Source: Acanthaster planci
Lineage: Eukaryota
Assembly (NCBI RefSeq): GCF_001949145.1
Contig: NW_019091359.1
Span: forward strand, 2,058,540 to 2,122,539
Direction of reading: 5' to 3'
Length of the DNA stretch: 64,000 nt
Within the stretch, counting starts at the first letter, position 1, and every line of letters starts with the position of its first letter. Shown here piece by piece: positions 1 to 15,000 of the stretch. The notes beneath the pieces are model-generated. The model had not been told where the DNA came from. It saw only the letters and a program-made list of their open reading frames with translations, and made no database searches. The position numbers and the translations under genes were made by a program.

Positions 1-2830
1 AGAGTAGGGTGAAAAGGGAAAAAAAATGAAACTGATTATATATTGGAAACGGTGCGAGGATTTATTCACGCCGGAGTCAAGTGGTACGAGTGGGTGCCGT
101 CAGAGTTCGGGTCAGTGAAGGGTGTGCGTTGAGCTGCAACTTGATCTGTGTGTGCTTGCTGCTGTGGACTACTTCTGCCAATGATGCTGCAGATGCAGTT
201 GCTTTCACAATTCCTCTTCTGCTGTTTGATCACTTCCTGTCATCTTGGCAGTGAAAACTTAAGTTTGGGAATAACATTATTGAACAGCTGCAAAAACTTC
301 TTACCAATTTGATGTGAAATTGCAGTTCTGAAGAGCAGACGGCCGTCTTGCCACTTCACATTGTTACAGTTTCTGCAGGATTTGTGACAGGCTAGATATT
401 TTTCTTTATCCACAACTGTTGCAATCTGGTGATTTCCAGTGGTCATTGATTTTTATATCCAATCAAATGTTCCCCAGGCATGGGAAGGGGGGCTGATCAA
501 ACGGGCAGAATTTCTGAAAGAGCCATGCCCAGCTTTGAAGTGTGATCTGTTGTTGGCAAATAACTGCGAGGAGCTTCCCCAAGCAAATCCGGCTAAATAG
601 GGCCCCCCCCGCCGAAAAGCTCCGGCTAATCCCCGCCAACAGTATTTCCATTCTCTAGAAATCATAATGGGACAATGAGGTGCCGAGCAGCTTAGAGTGC
701 TAGGGCAAGGTGTGTGTGTCGGCACCCTCTGAGACTTAACATCCACTGACCTAAATTACAGCTTGATGATATTTATATGGCCCTGGGGATCTTCTAGCTT
801 AGCCAAGAGTTGTAAAGGAGCAAGACAAGTCACGCTTTCCTGAAGAAAATACTGTTTCAGTGTGTACCAAGCTTGTTAAATGGCTGTTGTCAGGTACAAG
901 CTATGTAATGCCTTTGTCTGGCATTGTTTGAAATTGCTTATTCATTTGGAAGGAGAGATATTATTTTCTTCTTTGACATGACTCCAGGACCAGGTTGAAC
1001 CTTAATTCCAAGTAGGTCAGTGATAGATTGAAAAAAAATTGTCAGCCCTAATATAGCTGACGAAGTGTCTGTTTCATGTATAAGCCCTTAATTGATAAAA
1101 TCAGACGACCAATCAATTCAGTGTTACTCCACATTCTCATGCGCATTGCATCCAGAGCCAACTCAGATCATTTTGGAAGTGTTTGAAGCTTTTAACCTGT
1201 TGACCCTGTCATTAATGGGACCACAAATTTCATGTGACTTGATTCTCATACCTAATCCGTACCTTGTTAGCTCTTCAAAATCTTGAAAAAATTCCTGAAG
1301 CCTCACAGTATTTTGTAGATGTCAGACCTATTGATATGCCCCTCTGTTTGGTGTTCTGTGGACTTCTTCTCATCTTCTGATCTGTCTTCAACACATCTGT
1401 ATTGGCATTTTCACGCCAGCCTGTCTTCAGACAAGTTCATGTCACCAGTGTGTATGAGTCCCATCCCAGCTTTCCAATTTTAAAAGCCACCAGAGGCCAT
1501 TATTTAGAGGCGGAGAGCTTGGGTGTCATCTTTTGTCATCCAGCTGTTTCTATTGCAATTCACAGATCCCGCAGTCTGTGTAGAAATTTATAAAGCCAGA
1601 GAAAATTCAGTCTTGCATTTGTGGTGGCAATGTTTTGGGGGGAATATTGCTGTCTGGAGCCCTGGGGAAATGTCACTGCCAGAAAGAGGGCTGTGTTTTC
1701 CTCAGCCTTCTTAAATTCACTACCTGTGTCCATCCCCCTTCGGCTTCTATTTGCGATTCATCACTCTAAAAAGTGCTGTATGCAAACGGGCGATGACAGT
1801 TGGTTTTTTCTCTTTCACAAGCGTCTGTACTTGTTTCCTTTGACCTTCCACTTGCCCCCATTAACACATACCTCAGGACTCTGTCAGTGCTCCAAGTCCA
1901 GTGGTTGCCAGGAGCGTGGCGGAGTAGAAATGATCTCTAAAAAGCTTTCCAATGGAGACCCTCCGTTGGTTGCCCGGAGATGGTGCCTTTAGCTGATGTG
2001 GGAGTCAGTGGGGTTTGGTGTGCTGGCCGGGGCACGTGGGGACTGGCAGTCCACCTCTTGGAGTAGAAAGGGAAATGTGAAGTAAATTGCCACTGGCGGG
2101 CACTCAATATGCTCTGTCTGTGGGAATTTACATAGGAAGCTGCAGGTTGTCAAATTCAGGCTGAAATAGCCAGTGTGATGTCCAGTGCTGCAAATGTAAA
2201 AATTTTCACATTCTGTTATTGCTTCACAAAGTTGTCTTTTGTCTATAAACAGAGAACATGAGGCATCTCTGGAGAACTTTGCCCTACAGGGCAGAAAATG
2301 TAATTCAAGTGAAAAGCAAATATGCATGCACAGTATAATGATGAATGAAAAAATTTTCCAGAGTGGCATGGAGTCGGTGGCTTCTAAAAATGCTTGACTG
2401 GTTTTTTTTTTATCTAGAAATGCCAAAAGTATTTACCATGAATACTGGGTGCTGAACACAAGTGGTTGTAGGCTTGATTTTGTACTTAACCTGACAGTAA
2501 TTGTACATGTAACGCTTTCCCTTGGTTGTGTTGTGAATGGAATTCAGAGCCCTGTATATTTACCATAAGCAGCCAATACATTGTACCTTGAAGGTCATAA
2601 ACTTCTGTGAAGATGACACTGACTGATGTCTTGCAATAGGCAGTATATGCACATTATCAAAGAGGCCATTGGGTCCTTCATGCTTATTCTTCCCAAAATG
2701 TCTTACCTTGGTTACTGTGTTCAAATTGATAATTTATTTTACATTAACCATAGAGAAATGTTGGCACAAGCTTGTTGATCATTATTTAAACTATTTTAAT
2801 ACTGTTGTGTTTTGTTTTCTTTTTTTTTAG

Positions 2831-3084
2831 GTAAACGGTGTGGACCTTTCCAAGGCCACCCATGAAGAAGCTGTGGAAGCATTCAAGAATGCCACAGAGC
2901 CCATCATCGTACAAGTCCTGCGCCGGGCGCCACGGAGCAAGGTGCCAGGCGACAAGGAAGGCACGACGGCACTGTGCAATGTCGGCACGCAGACGGAGCT
3001 GCAAAGTGAGGACCTGCTGTGGAAGGTGTTGCAGCGGTGCCCCAGCCCACTAGAAACGAAGAATGGTGACCTGGACATGGATGG
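2831..3084 (+). CDS. PDZRN3/4: PDZRN3/4-like exon (end of first PDZ domain)
   Basis: tttag|GTAAAC...GATGG|gtaagc; VNGVDLSKATHEEAVEAFKNATEPIIVQVLRR. Confidence 0.92.
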
Positions 3085-6000
3085 GTAAGCCTCGATCATA
3101 ACCAAACTTCTTCAGTACTTCGTACTTGGACTAGGCTAAGTTGCCGAGCAGCATTAGAAGCCATTATGTTGGTGGCACGATGCTTCTGGGCAGGTCATAC
3201 ATGCATGTTACATGCCTTTCCAACCAGTCTGGTGTTGTTACTGGCCAAAAACCGTTCATGTCTCAAGTTTTTGAATGTGCGCATATCAGTGGTGCCACCA
3301 CAGTAACGTTGTCTCCTTAGATTACTTGATCTCTCTCATTCAGTCATCCAGAAGCCTTCATTGTTCACAAACCCAGAGCCACTTTCTTCGGGCTTTAACT
3401 TTCAAGAGACAATAAGCCTGATGTCAAGTAATTTTAGCACAGCTGTACCATCCTCAATCCCACAAAATCTTGGAGGGCTGGGCATTGAGGAGGAATCCCA
3501 GGTTTAGATGACGGGTTTTTAGAGCTGTGAGCTGATTTGTGAGAACTGAATGGATCTTTGGGCCATTTTGTTTGACAGACTGTGTGAGATATCCCCCCAG
3601 GAGCAGATGACGGTCATTGATGATGACCTGATGAATGACCTAGATGCCATGGACAATGTGGACATTCCCATCTTAGATGAGGATGGAATGGACAAAGCCT
3701 ATGAACTGGAATATGAGGTGAGAAACATGGCCAGCCATATTGCCTGTTTTATACAAATCCCACAGTGTTTATGTAATGCACGTTTGTACAACTATGAGAT
3801 ACATTGAGTTTGCTTTTCTTTCATTGCTCAATTTTGAAAAGAGCATCTTCATGGAAACTCAATGTTTTTTTTCTTCAGTTGTTTCATTGGTGATAACATT
3901 ACTGTACACAGTTTAGAAATTAGCGTGTAAATTTGATCAATTAAAACAGGCTGTTTAGACAACTTATGCCAAAGCCTTTTAATCTTTTCCAGTAATTATT
4001 CTTAGAGTTTGATTTGACACAATACATGTACGTAAAATTCTGTAACATGAAAGCATGAAAATTTGATGAAATGAAATGCAAGATAGAACTTGAAACTCTA
4101 GTGTCAAAGCTGAGTTGAACTTGAAGATGTACAGTAGGTTAAAGAGTGGCAAAGAATTTTGTCCAAGTACAGAAATGAGCTAAATTGGACACTTGGCCTC
4201 TCAACTGAAGATCCTTTAACAGGCAATCTGATACTGCAGAGACCTGACTTCTTAAAAGCCAGAATATCCCAGGCAATTTGTTCAGTGGTGGTGCTTGGTT
4301 TATGGCCTGTCCCGGTGGATCCCTCAGGTTTGCAGGAATGAGAGATGTTTAGGGAAGCTGAAGTCGTAAATTCGCTGGTTTGGAGCCTGCCATTTGCAGT
4401 TGTTGTCATGTGCTTCTCGTGGGCTCCATGAATCCGTGGTTGTCAGATTTCATGAAAAGTTTTTTAGAAAAGGAACTTGTTTGGTCTGTCTGATGATGCA
4501 GAATGTATTGAAGTTGATGCGGGAGCAGTTGACATTTGAAAATACAGTGGAATATTTATATGTAAAATGTGTGCATGCAGTCAGTGTTAAGAAAGACGTT
4601 GCTGTGGTAACCCTCCATGGCAACGTCTAAAAGTGCAGATCACAATAGAAGGGAGATGTGGATGAAATTGCATTAGAGACGGCTCCTGAATGCAATAATG
4701 GAAGACAAGACAAGAATTTTCTGGTTAAAAACCAAACATGAGAGCAGGAATCAGCGTGCAAAAGGGAATGCTTTTTTTTTTCACCAGCCAGCCATCCGTG
4801 AGCGAGCCGCGCTCAAGGGGTACAGTTCGCCTGCTAATGCGTCTGTTGTGTGGCTGGCTATTATTGGTCATTGGCGGATGCCACAATGGTCCGATCAATG
4901 AAGGAGTTCAATGGAATGCGAGTGGTGAATTAAACCAAACCCAACCAATGTCAATTAGCGAGGGGCTCACCCCAACCCCATGAATAGCACCAGATATTTT
5001 ATTGATTTGGTTAAGCACACGCACAGCATACAGATTGAGCAAAGCATATATACATGTACACACACAAATATCATTAATATGTGTGTGCATAATTTTAAAT
5101 ATTAATATTTGTCATATGAGACAAAGACATTGAATTTATTTGTAAGTATGCTGAACGTTTTGTCGTTTTCCAAGGTCCTGTTTTGCTTATCCATTTTTCA
5201 GAGTCTTTCATTCCCTTTGAGTTGTTCAGAATTCTCCTGTGTTCTAAAAGCATTCAGATTTGCAATAGGTCAGATGCAGGTCAGACATGAACCATACATG
5301 TATGTCTGAAGGTATTAAGATGTGTACATGTATCCATAGTTATGGATGGCATCTCATCATTACAGTTAGGCTTTTTTATCTTGGATGTTTCAGTATACGA
5401 GCTGCCTGTGTGTGGTCAACCAATCTTAGATTAAGACTTAGCTTAAAAACATTATTGATTGTAAGGATATTGATCATCTCATGTATGCCGACCTTTATTT
5501 TTAACTGAGAATAACAGACTTTGCATTTGCTGTTCCTTTGGCAAACTGTTTCTAATTAGCATATACATGCTTTTATAGTGCTTGAATTGCCTGATGTATA
5601 ATTTAGCCAATGAGATATCCTCATGTGCCCAGCAGAAGGGCGTAAGCGCTTGACACCCTTTTGCCGGGAAGCATGATCACTGCAAAAAACTTTTTCCGAC
5701 AAAAAAAGGACAAACGTATGCAACTATTGTATTTTAATGAAATATGAAGATTTCTTGACAAAAAGTAGAAAAAAATGCTCAAGTCCTTTAATAAGTTGTT
5801 CAAAGGTTGCTCTTTGTACAGCCTAGGTTGATTTTGTAGTAAGTTATATCCGTTTTTATTAAATAAAGAGAGTGTGTTTCTTACGCCCTTTTGCTGCTAA
5901 CATTTTTTCTGCTGTGATCATGCTTCCCGGTAAAAGGGTGTAAGTGCGCTTACAGCCTACTGCCGGGCACCCAACGATATGTAGCTTTGCATTGTGTCAG

Positions 6001-9000
6001 ATATTTGTTCTGATTTTTTGGTTCTAGGATGTAACACTAAGAAGAACTTCAGATGGTGCCAAACTTGGTCTGACTTTATGCTATGGTACGGAAGAAGACA
6101 CGGGGATCTTCATCAAAGAGGTAGAATTTTTTGTAATTTGTCTACTTTTTTTTTTTCAAATGTTGTAAAGGACAAATAGACTACAGAATCTCTGGATTAT
6201 TTCAATTTTAAGAGAGTCGAATTGCAGAAAATCCTGCCATGTCAAAATGCACTTGCCATGGAACGTAGTAATGGAAATTTTGTAATCACATTGCATGGTA
6301 GTTCACTTGTTCGGGGGTGTTTACTCCAATAGCCTGGCTGTTGAATGAAACTGGTCCCAGGTAGGCATGAAATGGTTTGCATTTGCTGGTTGCCATGGCA
6401 ATGTGTGATTGGCCACCTCTTGTCTGTACCTGCATGTTCATGTACTTACATGGTGCGTTAAATTTGTAGCACTTGATGACGGGATTTTTGGTGTTTGCTG
6501 AGATATTGAAGTACATACTTGCACTGACCAAAAAAGCAAGAGCACAATATTGTATCACATTATGTAAGGAAAGGAAAGTTGAGAATTATCCAGTAATGAG
6601 CATGTAAATATGAATAATGTAAATATGAGGGGTGGTCTTTTACTCCAACTAGCCTCCCCCCCACCCCCACCTCATTCACTCTTGCGGTTAAGGGAATGTT
6701 TAAGCTGTCGATGGAAATAACCATCATGATCAGGGAGATACAAATGTGAATATCTAGTCCATGCCTTTTTACTTACTGTGAGGGCTTGTGAGTTCATTGA
6801 ATTTTTTCATAAATAAGGTTTTCAAAGAGGAGGATTTTTTCTCCTGACCATTCCAAAAGGAAAGATACCCTTCAAAGGGCAAGAAAAACTCCAGTCGTCA
6901 GTAACCAGGCTAGTTGGTGATTCCTCTTCATCTGTCACTGATTACAGGCGAAAGCTGTTATGGATCAGTACCTGGCTGTAGGGGGATTTGGTGGCATTGT
7001 GTTTTGATCGCCCTTGTTCATGATTCCACTAAAGAAGGGTTGAATCATCGGTCGGAGCTGGCTTGATTGCCTGATGTCAATTTCAGAAGGGGGGGGGGAG
7101 AAACTGGGTCTAGCGATCTAGTTACCAAAGTAATCCACATTTAATAAAAAGCCAAGCTGTACTTTACCTCCCACTGTCGATGGATAGATTGGAAACACGA
7201 AGATTGGACTCTCTCCAAATAGGAAATTGCCTGTTTTTGGCCCAGTTCGCCATTTGTTCAGGTTGTGGATTTTACGGTTATTGCTGGCAATGTTGTCCAT
7301 CAGATTTTGGAAATTGCTCTTTGGGGTACAGGCATATTTCTGGGTTTCTCAGTGAAAGTTTTGCAAGATATTTTAAGTGAATTAATTATTATTAAGAAAG
7401 TAACCAAAAAGCTTTTGTCCTGACTGAAATATTAAAATATGGAGAGAGTTGTTTGGTTGAAGACTAAAAATGAAGCAAAACAAAACAAAAACTTTCACCT
7501 GGTACATGTATGTGCCTAATATTCTGAAGAAAGACCAAAAAAAAGCGATAATTTCTTGTAGAGACACGCATACTGTAAGAGGCAACATGAAAGGCACAGT
7601 TCTGTTTGTTCTTTGTTCTGCTTTGATAGGATACCGAGTTAAAGAGGTTGATATTTTAGATAACCTTGTTTCCAATTGGTTATTCAGTGGGAAAACCTTG
7701 ATTGGTTAGTCCCTGGATATTAATTTAATGTCAGCGGGTTGACATCAAAGCGTGGCCACCTGCAGTTAACTCAATCATGCCTGTCCACCATGGCCCCCAT
7801 CTGACCACATTCATCCTGGCCAGTAATTATCTCTCAGTTTTAAAGGAGAAAACGGACTCCCTGTGTTGAATTTCAGGGAGTATAAATTTTTACATGGAAT
7901 CTGACGTGCTCTTTCCGCCAAGTGATGTTCTTTGTGGTGCTATAAGGAAACTATAATATTTCCAATGATTGCAAATATTTTCATCATAACATTTACTTTG
8001 GATTTTTATTGGTTGCTCCCAATATTGCTTTAGTTTTTGCAAATTGTGGGTTTGGTTTTTGTGTAGGGTTTTTTGAAGGGGTAGGTGTTATTGTTTGGTT
8101 CAGTTTAGTTTATCAAGAGTTTCATTTGCTCTTGATGAAAACATGTTTTCGTAACCTGTATTTTGTGTCTTGTTAAACATTTTCATTTGTCTTTGCGTCT
8201 GTGCAGAAAATTCAAAACAAGTGTTTACCCCGTACACTTATGCAATAACCAATCGCTGTGTGTAATTTACAACATTTCCAGTAAATACAGATGAAATTTG
8301 CCGCAATTGACCAGCGAGGACATGAGTAGTCCTCACGCTGAACAAGAACAACTGATTATGTATGGATTTTTACATGCAGGGCCCTGGCCAAATTGCTTGG
8401 CATGGTCACTGGTTGGATAATTAAGACTGCTGGCCTTCCATGGATTATGCCGCCTTCAGATGCATTTTTGTTTTCAAGTTAGTTTTAGAGCAATTAGGAC
8501 TGAAGGGATTGCGGACAGGTTTGTTTTTCCTTCCATTGCAGGAGAGCCTTAATGAAACTGTTTTGACAACAAACGGAGCATAAACAACGTCCTCCACCAG
8601 GAAAACAAAAAATCCTGATTCATTTGCAAATTTGTGTATTGAGTAGGAGATGTTCACTTGTTTTTGACTCATTTGTCCTTTCTTTCTACCAGTGAATAGT
8701 TTGCCACTAAATGTGCGTATGTGTGCTTTCTCAATTGAATTTCCAACCAAGCTCAGAAATATTACTTGAAATTTCCTATTGCCTCTATTTTGTAATCACC
8801 TTTCACAACCATATCAGAATTGATGACTTCCTGTATTGTAGAGACTCTTCATCGGAAAATCTAATAAGCTGTATAAATGATTTCTTCTTAAGGGCAATTA
8901 CTAACAAACAAATTAATGAGTGTATGGTGGTCAATATCTGTTCATGTGATAGAAGTCGGAGCAGTGGTTAAAGTGAAGTCTGTTGGTACGGAGTTCAGAT

Positions 9001-12000
9001 CACAGATGAGAGTTGGTTTCAACCATGTGCTCTGAAGTTAACTCCCCGAGGGGAGAGCCCGTGCAGTCAACAAAAATCCCAAATCAAGGCAACTGTTGGA
9101 ATACAGGGACAGCTTTGAGAAGGTAGCCCAAGAAGATTGAGTAGGTAAAAGATGGATGAGTGCTGTGGTATTGAGCCCACCGGCCTCGAAGACACCCAGA
9201 CCACAAGATGTTGGGAGAACAGATCCCCTGAAATCTTCCCTCACCAGGAGAGCATTCATGAGTGCCAGGGGGAGGGGGTTGATTTAATGTTGGAAATGTC
9301 TCACTGGGGAGGATTTTAGGGCTTAGAATGGAGTGCAAGGGGGCGCGTGCCCCTTGACCCCCTAATGTTGGTGACTACAGGATCTCATTGTGCTCGTGGA
9401 ATTTTATGGTGGTTCAAGTGAAAGCGTGAAAGAGCATAAAATTTTTCTGAAAATCAGATGCTGGTACACTTTGTCGCTGGATAATGGAGCACTCGCTTGA
9501 TTCTGTAAGAGCTTGATGGCATTATCAGATTGTTGATGGTTGGTCCGGCTTCTCCTGTCAAGTTTGGTCCATTCTACCGCTGAAGGCTGTCTTCAAACCT
9601 GGCTTCATAGTTTGAGTGTCAAAGTCACAAAGGTCTGGCAGCTGGCAAGCCTCAATCCAGAAATCAGACAGTGAAGGAAGAAAAGATCATTGAAGCTTAC
9701 TTGTGGATTGTGAGGAGTTTGCTTTATTCTTGCAAAGATCTTGGTCCTTCCATTTAAAGGGATTTGAATTCAAACAAACAACATGGGAAAACAACATTTT
9801 GCATTTGCAGTGGAACGGTGAATAAAGTCAGTGGTACAAAGAGAACATGTACTCGATGGTGACACACATACATGTACATTTCCAGCAGCAGTTGAGTGCA
9901 CAGTACTTTGCAAGCTGTAAGTTTGTGAACAGGCTGTCAAGACAGAAACTGCTTGCAAAGATAATGGCCTAGCCAGCTCGGGAGAAGTCAGTGATGATGT
10001 ACGTATTCCAACACCCTGCCTTCGTGCAGGAAGCATAGGAGATGTGGTTGAAGATGTGTATCTGGACATATTGATGTGTGGCTATGGAAACCGTTAACAG
10101 GAAAGTTTCTAGTGTCAGTTCCATTGGAGTCTGTAATGCATTGAGTCACATCAGTGTGATGCATTACTGCGTGCATGGTGTACATGCCTGCCCGGGCCCA
10201 GAAGTTGTCTGGCATTACTTTCCGATTAAAATGAAGTTGATCCGTAATTCTGATGTTTAGATTTGGGTTTGCTGCCTCGTATTCCATCGTTGCAGCAGCG
10301 GGGTTTTGGTGAGCCTGAGTTGATTCACCCCACAGATGAGCTCACAGAATCCATGATTGATTTTCAGGAGGTTCAATCACCGGCCTTGGCGCCAGGCTGA
10401 AGTGGGATAGCACTCCAGGCGCGTGTTGTCTAATGGTGACACCGTCTAACGAGTGAGGGGTGTTCGAATCCGTGCCAGGGCACTCCAGTGCAGCAGTCTC
10501 CGTCAATCGCAGCATCTCAAGAGCCCCCCAAAGCTTAAGGAAGCAGCATTGTCTTGCTTTTCTTCATCTTGGCAGCAGTGAAGACAAGGAGATGAAGTGG
10601 ATCTGTGAATGACAACGAAGCATTGACCCCGCTCAGAGGCAGGGATTCTCGGAGGATGAAAATGAGCCAAGAAGTTTAGTTTGCCCTCCCCTATTTTCAT
10701 TCAGCATGGCTTGTTTTCTGTTCAGGCAGATAATTGGTCACCATTCCACTTACCACTGACACAAGAAGGCACTTCTCGTTTTCCTTATTGCGCGTAGATT
10801 TTTGGATATCTGCAAAGTGCACAGTTCCAGAAGCCTCATAGCTACACTTGGCTGTAAGTGTCAAAGTGTCAGGAGGTCAAAAATACATGTAGCTTAACAT
10901 CAATGTGTCCTTTTCCAGAAAGGAAGAATAAATACTGAAAGATGGTCAAGAAACATTTGGAAAGCCAGTGTTTAGTAAGACAGAAATAGACATTACAAAC
11001 TCAAAAATTTATAGCTATTCTACACTATTGTTATGTTCATGTTCTCGTTAGGAATGCCTTGTGTTTGTGTCCACAACATGGAATGTGTCCAGGAAGAGGT
11101 TCTATGAACATTTTCATGTCGTAATGTTGTCTGGAGCTTTGCCGTGTATCGCAACATCACATCTCCAAACTGTCAGATTGCAGCCAGGGCCACGGTCTGT
11201 ATCTGATCAGAAATGGATTCTTGAGAGCCGACATCTAAGTAGAAATCTCCCCAGCCAAGAGAGAAGCGGCTTCTCCCTGTTTCTCTCTTGTTCTTGTGGT
11301 GCTGTTTATGTCGAGGTCAGTACTGCATGCCTCAAAGACAGACAGTTAAAAAAATGGAGGGAGAACAGAGAGTCCGTGTAATGAAATCACAGCCGTGGGA
11401 GATCAGGAAATAGAAAAAAACAAAATGAAACGAGACTCGTGCACTGTGAACGTACAGTGTTTGCGAGAGCCAGTGTTTTGAAATTGGGTTGCAAAAAGCT
11501 TAATTAGATAAATCGGACTGGGTCCTGCAGAAATGCTGCGGGCAGGCCATGTCCTTTTCATCCTAGAGACTATGTAGTGGCGGGAGTTCTGTTTCCGACT
11601 TCGAGGTTTTCTACAAAGACACGAAGGGGTATGGGGTTGCAGACAGTGGACGGGATTTAAATAGGGACTTTCCTGTAAAATTTTTCTTTAATCCAGCAAA
11701 CATGTTTTCAGAGAAGTGTTTTTTGCACGTTTAAGTTTTTTCATAACTGACGAGGGGATGGATCTGCAAAAACAAAAGTTATGATGACATCTCATTCTTT
11801 GAAAAGGGAATTTGCATCAAATCTTCCTTTGTAAAATGTCAACTAAACTTAATAGTTATGTACCTCACTGAAGTGTTGGCATTTTTAGAAAATGTATTAC
11901 CGCTTGTCATGTTTAAAATCTGTGACTACCAGTTCCCCAGCTGACATTCTGTCCATTTTGCCAGGTTTTTCACAGTTACAGGTGTTTCTCTCTTGTGTTT

Positions 12001-15000
12001 ATTGTACAAGAATTAAAAAAAAATCCAGTGCATTTCTTTTGTCACACCTTTAGCGTTAGGTTTGACTTTACAAGTCATTATATGTTAATACCTGAATATA
12101 CATGTATATATGCAACTGGGTTTCGATGCATTTGTGGCAAAACAAAACTGTCCCGCTAATTGCCTAGTTGGCACAAGTTGCACACATCCCCCAAGGATAT
12201 GAAAACCTGGCTCCAGCCAGCAGGGGCTGTGTGGACCAATTCCAATTTATCTACGATTCCGGCTCAGATCTCTCCAAATGTTATTAGTTTTTAATCTGTT
12301 GTGCTTCCCCCTGTGCAGAGAAGAGCCTGATTCAGGAGGGATGAGAAAGATAGGGAGGGAAGGAGTTGGACCAAACAAATTCATTTTTGCAGACTGACTA
12401 CACAGCCCTCGGGGTATTTTCCTACACATTTGGGGTGTACGGTCTATGGGGGTCAAAGTAGGTCAGCGGCAACCTGCAGGAAGAACATGAAAAAAACAGA
12501 GAGAAAACACACACAGAAATTTTGACAGAACCAATCTCTTAGGGTGAAAAAAAGCGAGAATGAGAGGATTGTGTGACTGGAGGAAAAAAAAGGAACCCCG
12601 GAAGAGGACCGAAATTGTGAATCCCGAGGCTGTTTTATCAACAGAAAACGAAAGGGTGCAATTACGGTTTGGGACAGAGACCGATACAAGCCGGAAGGAC
12701 ACTGGCTGGGGACAGAGAAGAAATCAAATTAGGCAGAGGCCGCAGCGCGGGGCGACAGTGCAGCAGTGCAGCGTGGGTTACCTGCAGGGAGGAAAGACGG
12801 CTACCTGTGAGATAATGCACAGCATTGGCCGCTGGTTACAGGTGATCTGCTTGTCAGTTAGCCCAGGTTTCAGCAACACCTGCGTCGCTCCTCGGACAAA
12901 TTCTCAAATTAAATACAGGATGAGAGTAGCTAGTTGCTGTCTTTCAATTTGCTGACGTGTACTCGGTTTACAAATATGTGTTAAACCATCGTACATGTAG
13001 AATGCAAAGACGAGGAAAACCCAATTTACTTTTACAATGCAACTGTAAACTATGCTAAGAAAGATTTGATTGGTTCCAGAAGCTTTGTAAAAATGAACTT
13101 CTTATTCTCTTTAAGTTATTAACCTCCTAAAACCTTCCTGAAACTTTAAATGTTTGCTACGGTACTTACATTTTTGGTGAGGAAGCAGTAATTTCCATAT
13201 AGATGAACTTTTACGCAAACACACCTTATCCATATAGATGAACTTTTACGTAAACACACCTTAGTTAAGAATTTGTTTACTCTCTAATTAAGAAGAGCTT
13301 TTAGATTTGACATGATTAGACACACAGGTACATTCCAGTTAAGCCACGTTTAGTTTTCAGAAGATATCTTTAGAATATGGATGACTGTTTTCTTGAAGGG
13401 GGATTTCTGTTAAACTCCATTACATTTTGGGAAATTCATAAATATGCATCAGTCACTTGAATCAGAAGATACAATCTCTAAAATGGAGAGGCTTAACGAG
13501 TCAATCAGAGTTTGGATCATGAGTTGATGAGTCAAGTCACAAGTCCAGTTGCAAGCAGCAAGGGGATGACCAGAGACAAAGACAAGGTTTTTTTCACAGG
13601 TCAGTCGGGACTTAGCTTGAGGGTGGAGGACTTGTTATTGACTTGCATGGACTTGACCATAGCAGTGGTAGAAATTGCATAAAAGGTTCAAATAGCCAAG
13701 GAGCTTCCTAGGAAAAAAAAAAACCAACATTTTCCTGCCTTGTCCCAAGATCACGTTACAGAAGGCTAGTAATCTGGCCCAGCAGACTACACTTATCTGT
13801 CAGACAGCAGGCAGAAACACTTTTGACACCTCGCTAGAGCAGTGACAGCCAAGCTTAATGGTCTGTGTAACGACCCCGATACCATAAATCATCCAGAATT
13901 TCAATTTGCAATTTTCTTGATGTTGAAGAGCAAGGGAAAACTTAGCCCGTAGCTTACGAGTTGTACATCTCTTGATAGCTGTACATGGTGTGGCCCCATT
14001 GGTTGTGGATGAAGTTGTGTCTGTGATTGTGAGGTGGAGGGTAAACTTCAAAAGAAATGTACCAAAATGTGATGATGGATAAATTGGAGTGCACTTATGT
14101 TAACGAGTGACAGCTTTGTTGCCAATTTGTATCTGACCGTATTCATCAAGTCTGCAAGTCAAGGAAGATTAACGAGAAAATTGAATTTTTGTTGGTAAGA
14201 GCATTATCTAATAGATTACGAAGGTTAATGTTAATTTACAGAGGGAAATGAGAATTGCAAATGGTTAAAGCCGGTCAGCAGAAGCAGAGGTTGAGTTTTA
14301 TTTTTAGTGCACGGCATCAAAAATCCTGCTTAACACAAGACAAATTTGATTCATTACCATGTCTCCTGCGTCATCTCCCCCCCCTCCCCGACCAACGCAA
14401 ATTCATTAAACTTTAAATGTCAGCTTCTGGCTGCACAGATCCTACAGAGAAAGTGTCCCAAGACCACACAACGCTGTTAATGATTGCCCCTTAATCAGTG
14501 TGATAAATGCAAACTCTACGTGGGACGCCATTTGGATTTACCTTGTCCCTGCTTCCTTGGCTCCTTTCTTCCTGTTACTCAAGAGGTCCCCTCCTCGTAC
14601 TTAATCATTGCCAACAACAAGAGACGTGGAGAGAAGGAAAACATCCGACATTGTGCGCCCTTTCCGTGCGATGAGTTTTGCACTATTTAATTTCCCACCA
14701 CTTCCCTCCTACAAAAAAAAAATTATAAGGAAGACAGGTTCTTTGGATCTTTATAAAGGAATTGTGTGGTGATCTTGTGGTGAGAATCAAGAAGCCTGTA
14801 TTGCAAATTTCTTCAGGATTGAAACTTCAGAGGATCCATGAATGTTGTCCGTACCGGTAGTCTGCTTGTGAATTGACGTACGGAGTTGTAGCACAGCTGG
14901 ACTTCTGCATTAACGTCCATGGTTCAAAGTTTGTTTATGATGCTTTATAAAATTTTATATTTAAAATGACAGTGTGGTATGGGACATTAATTAACAAGGT

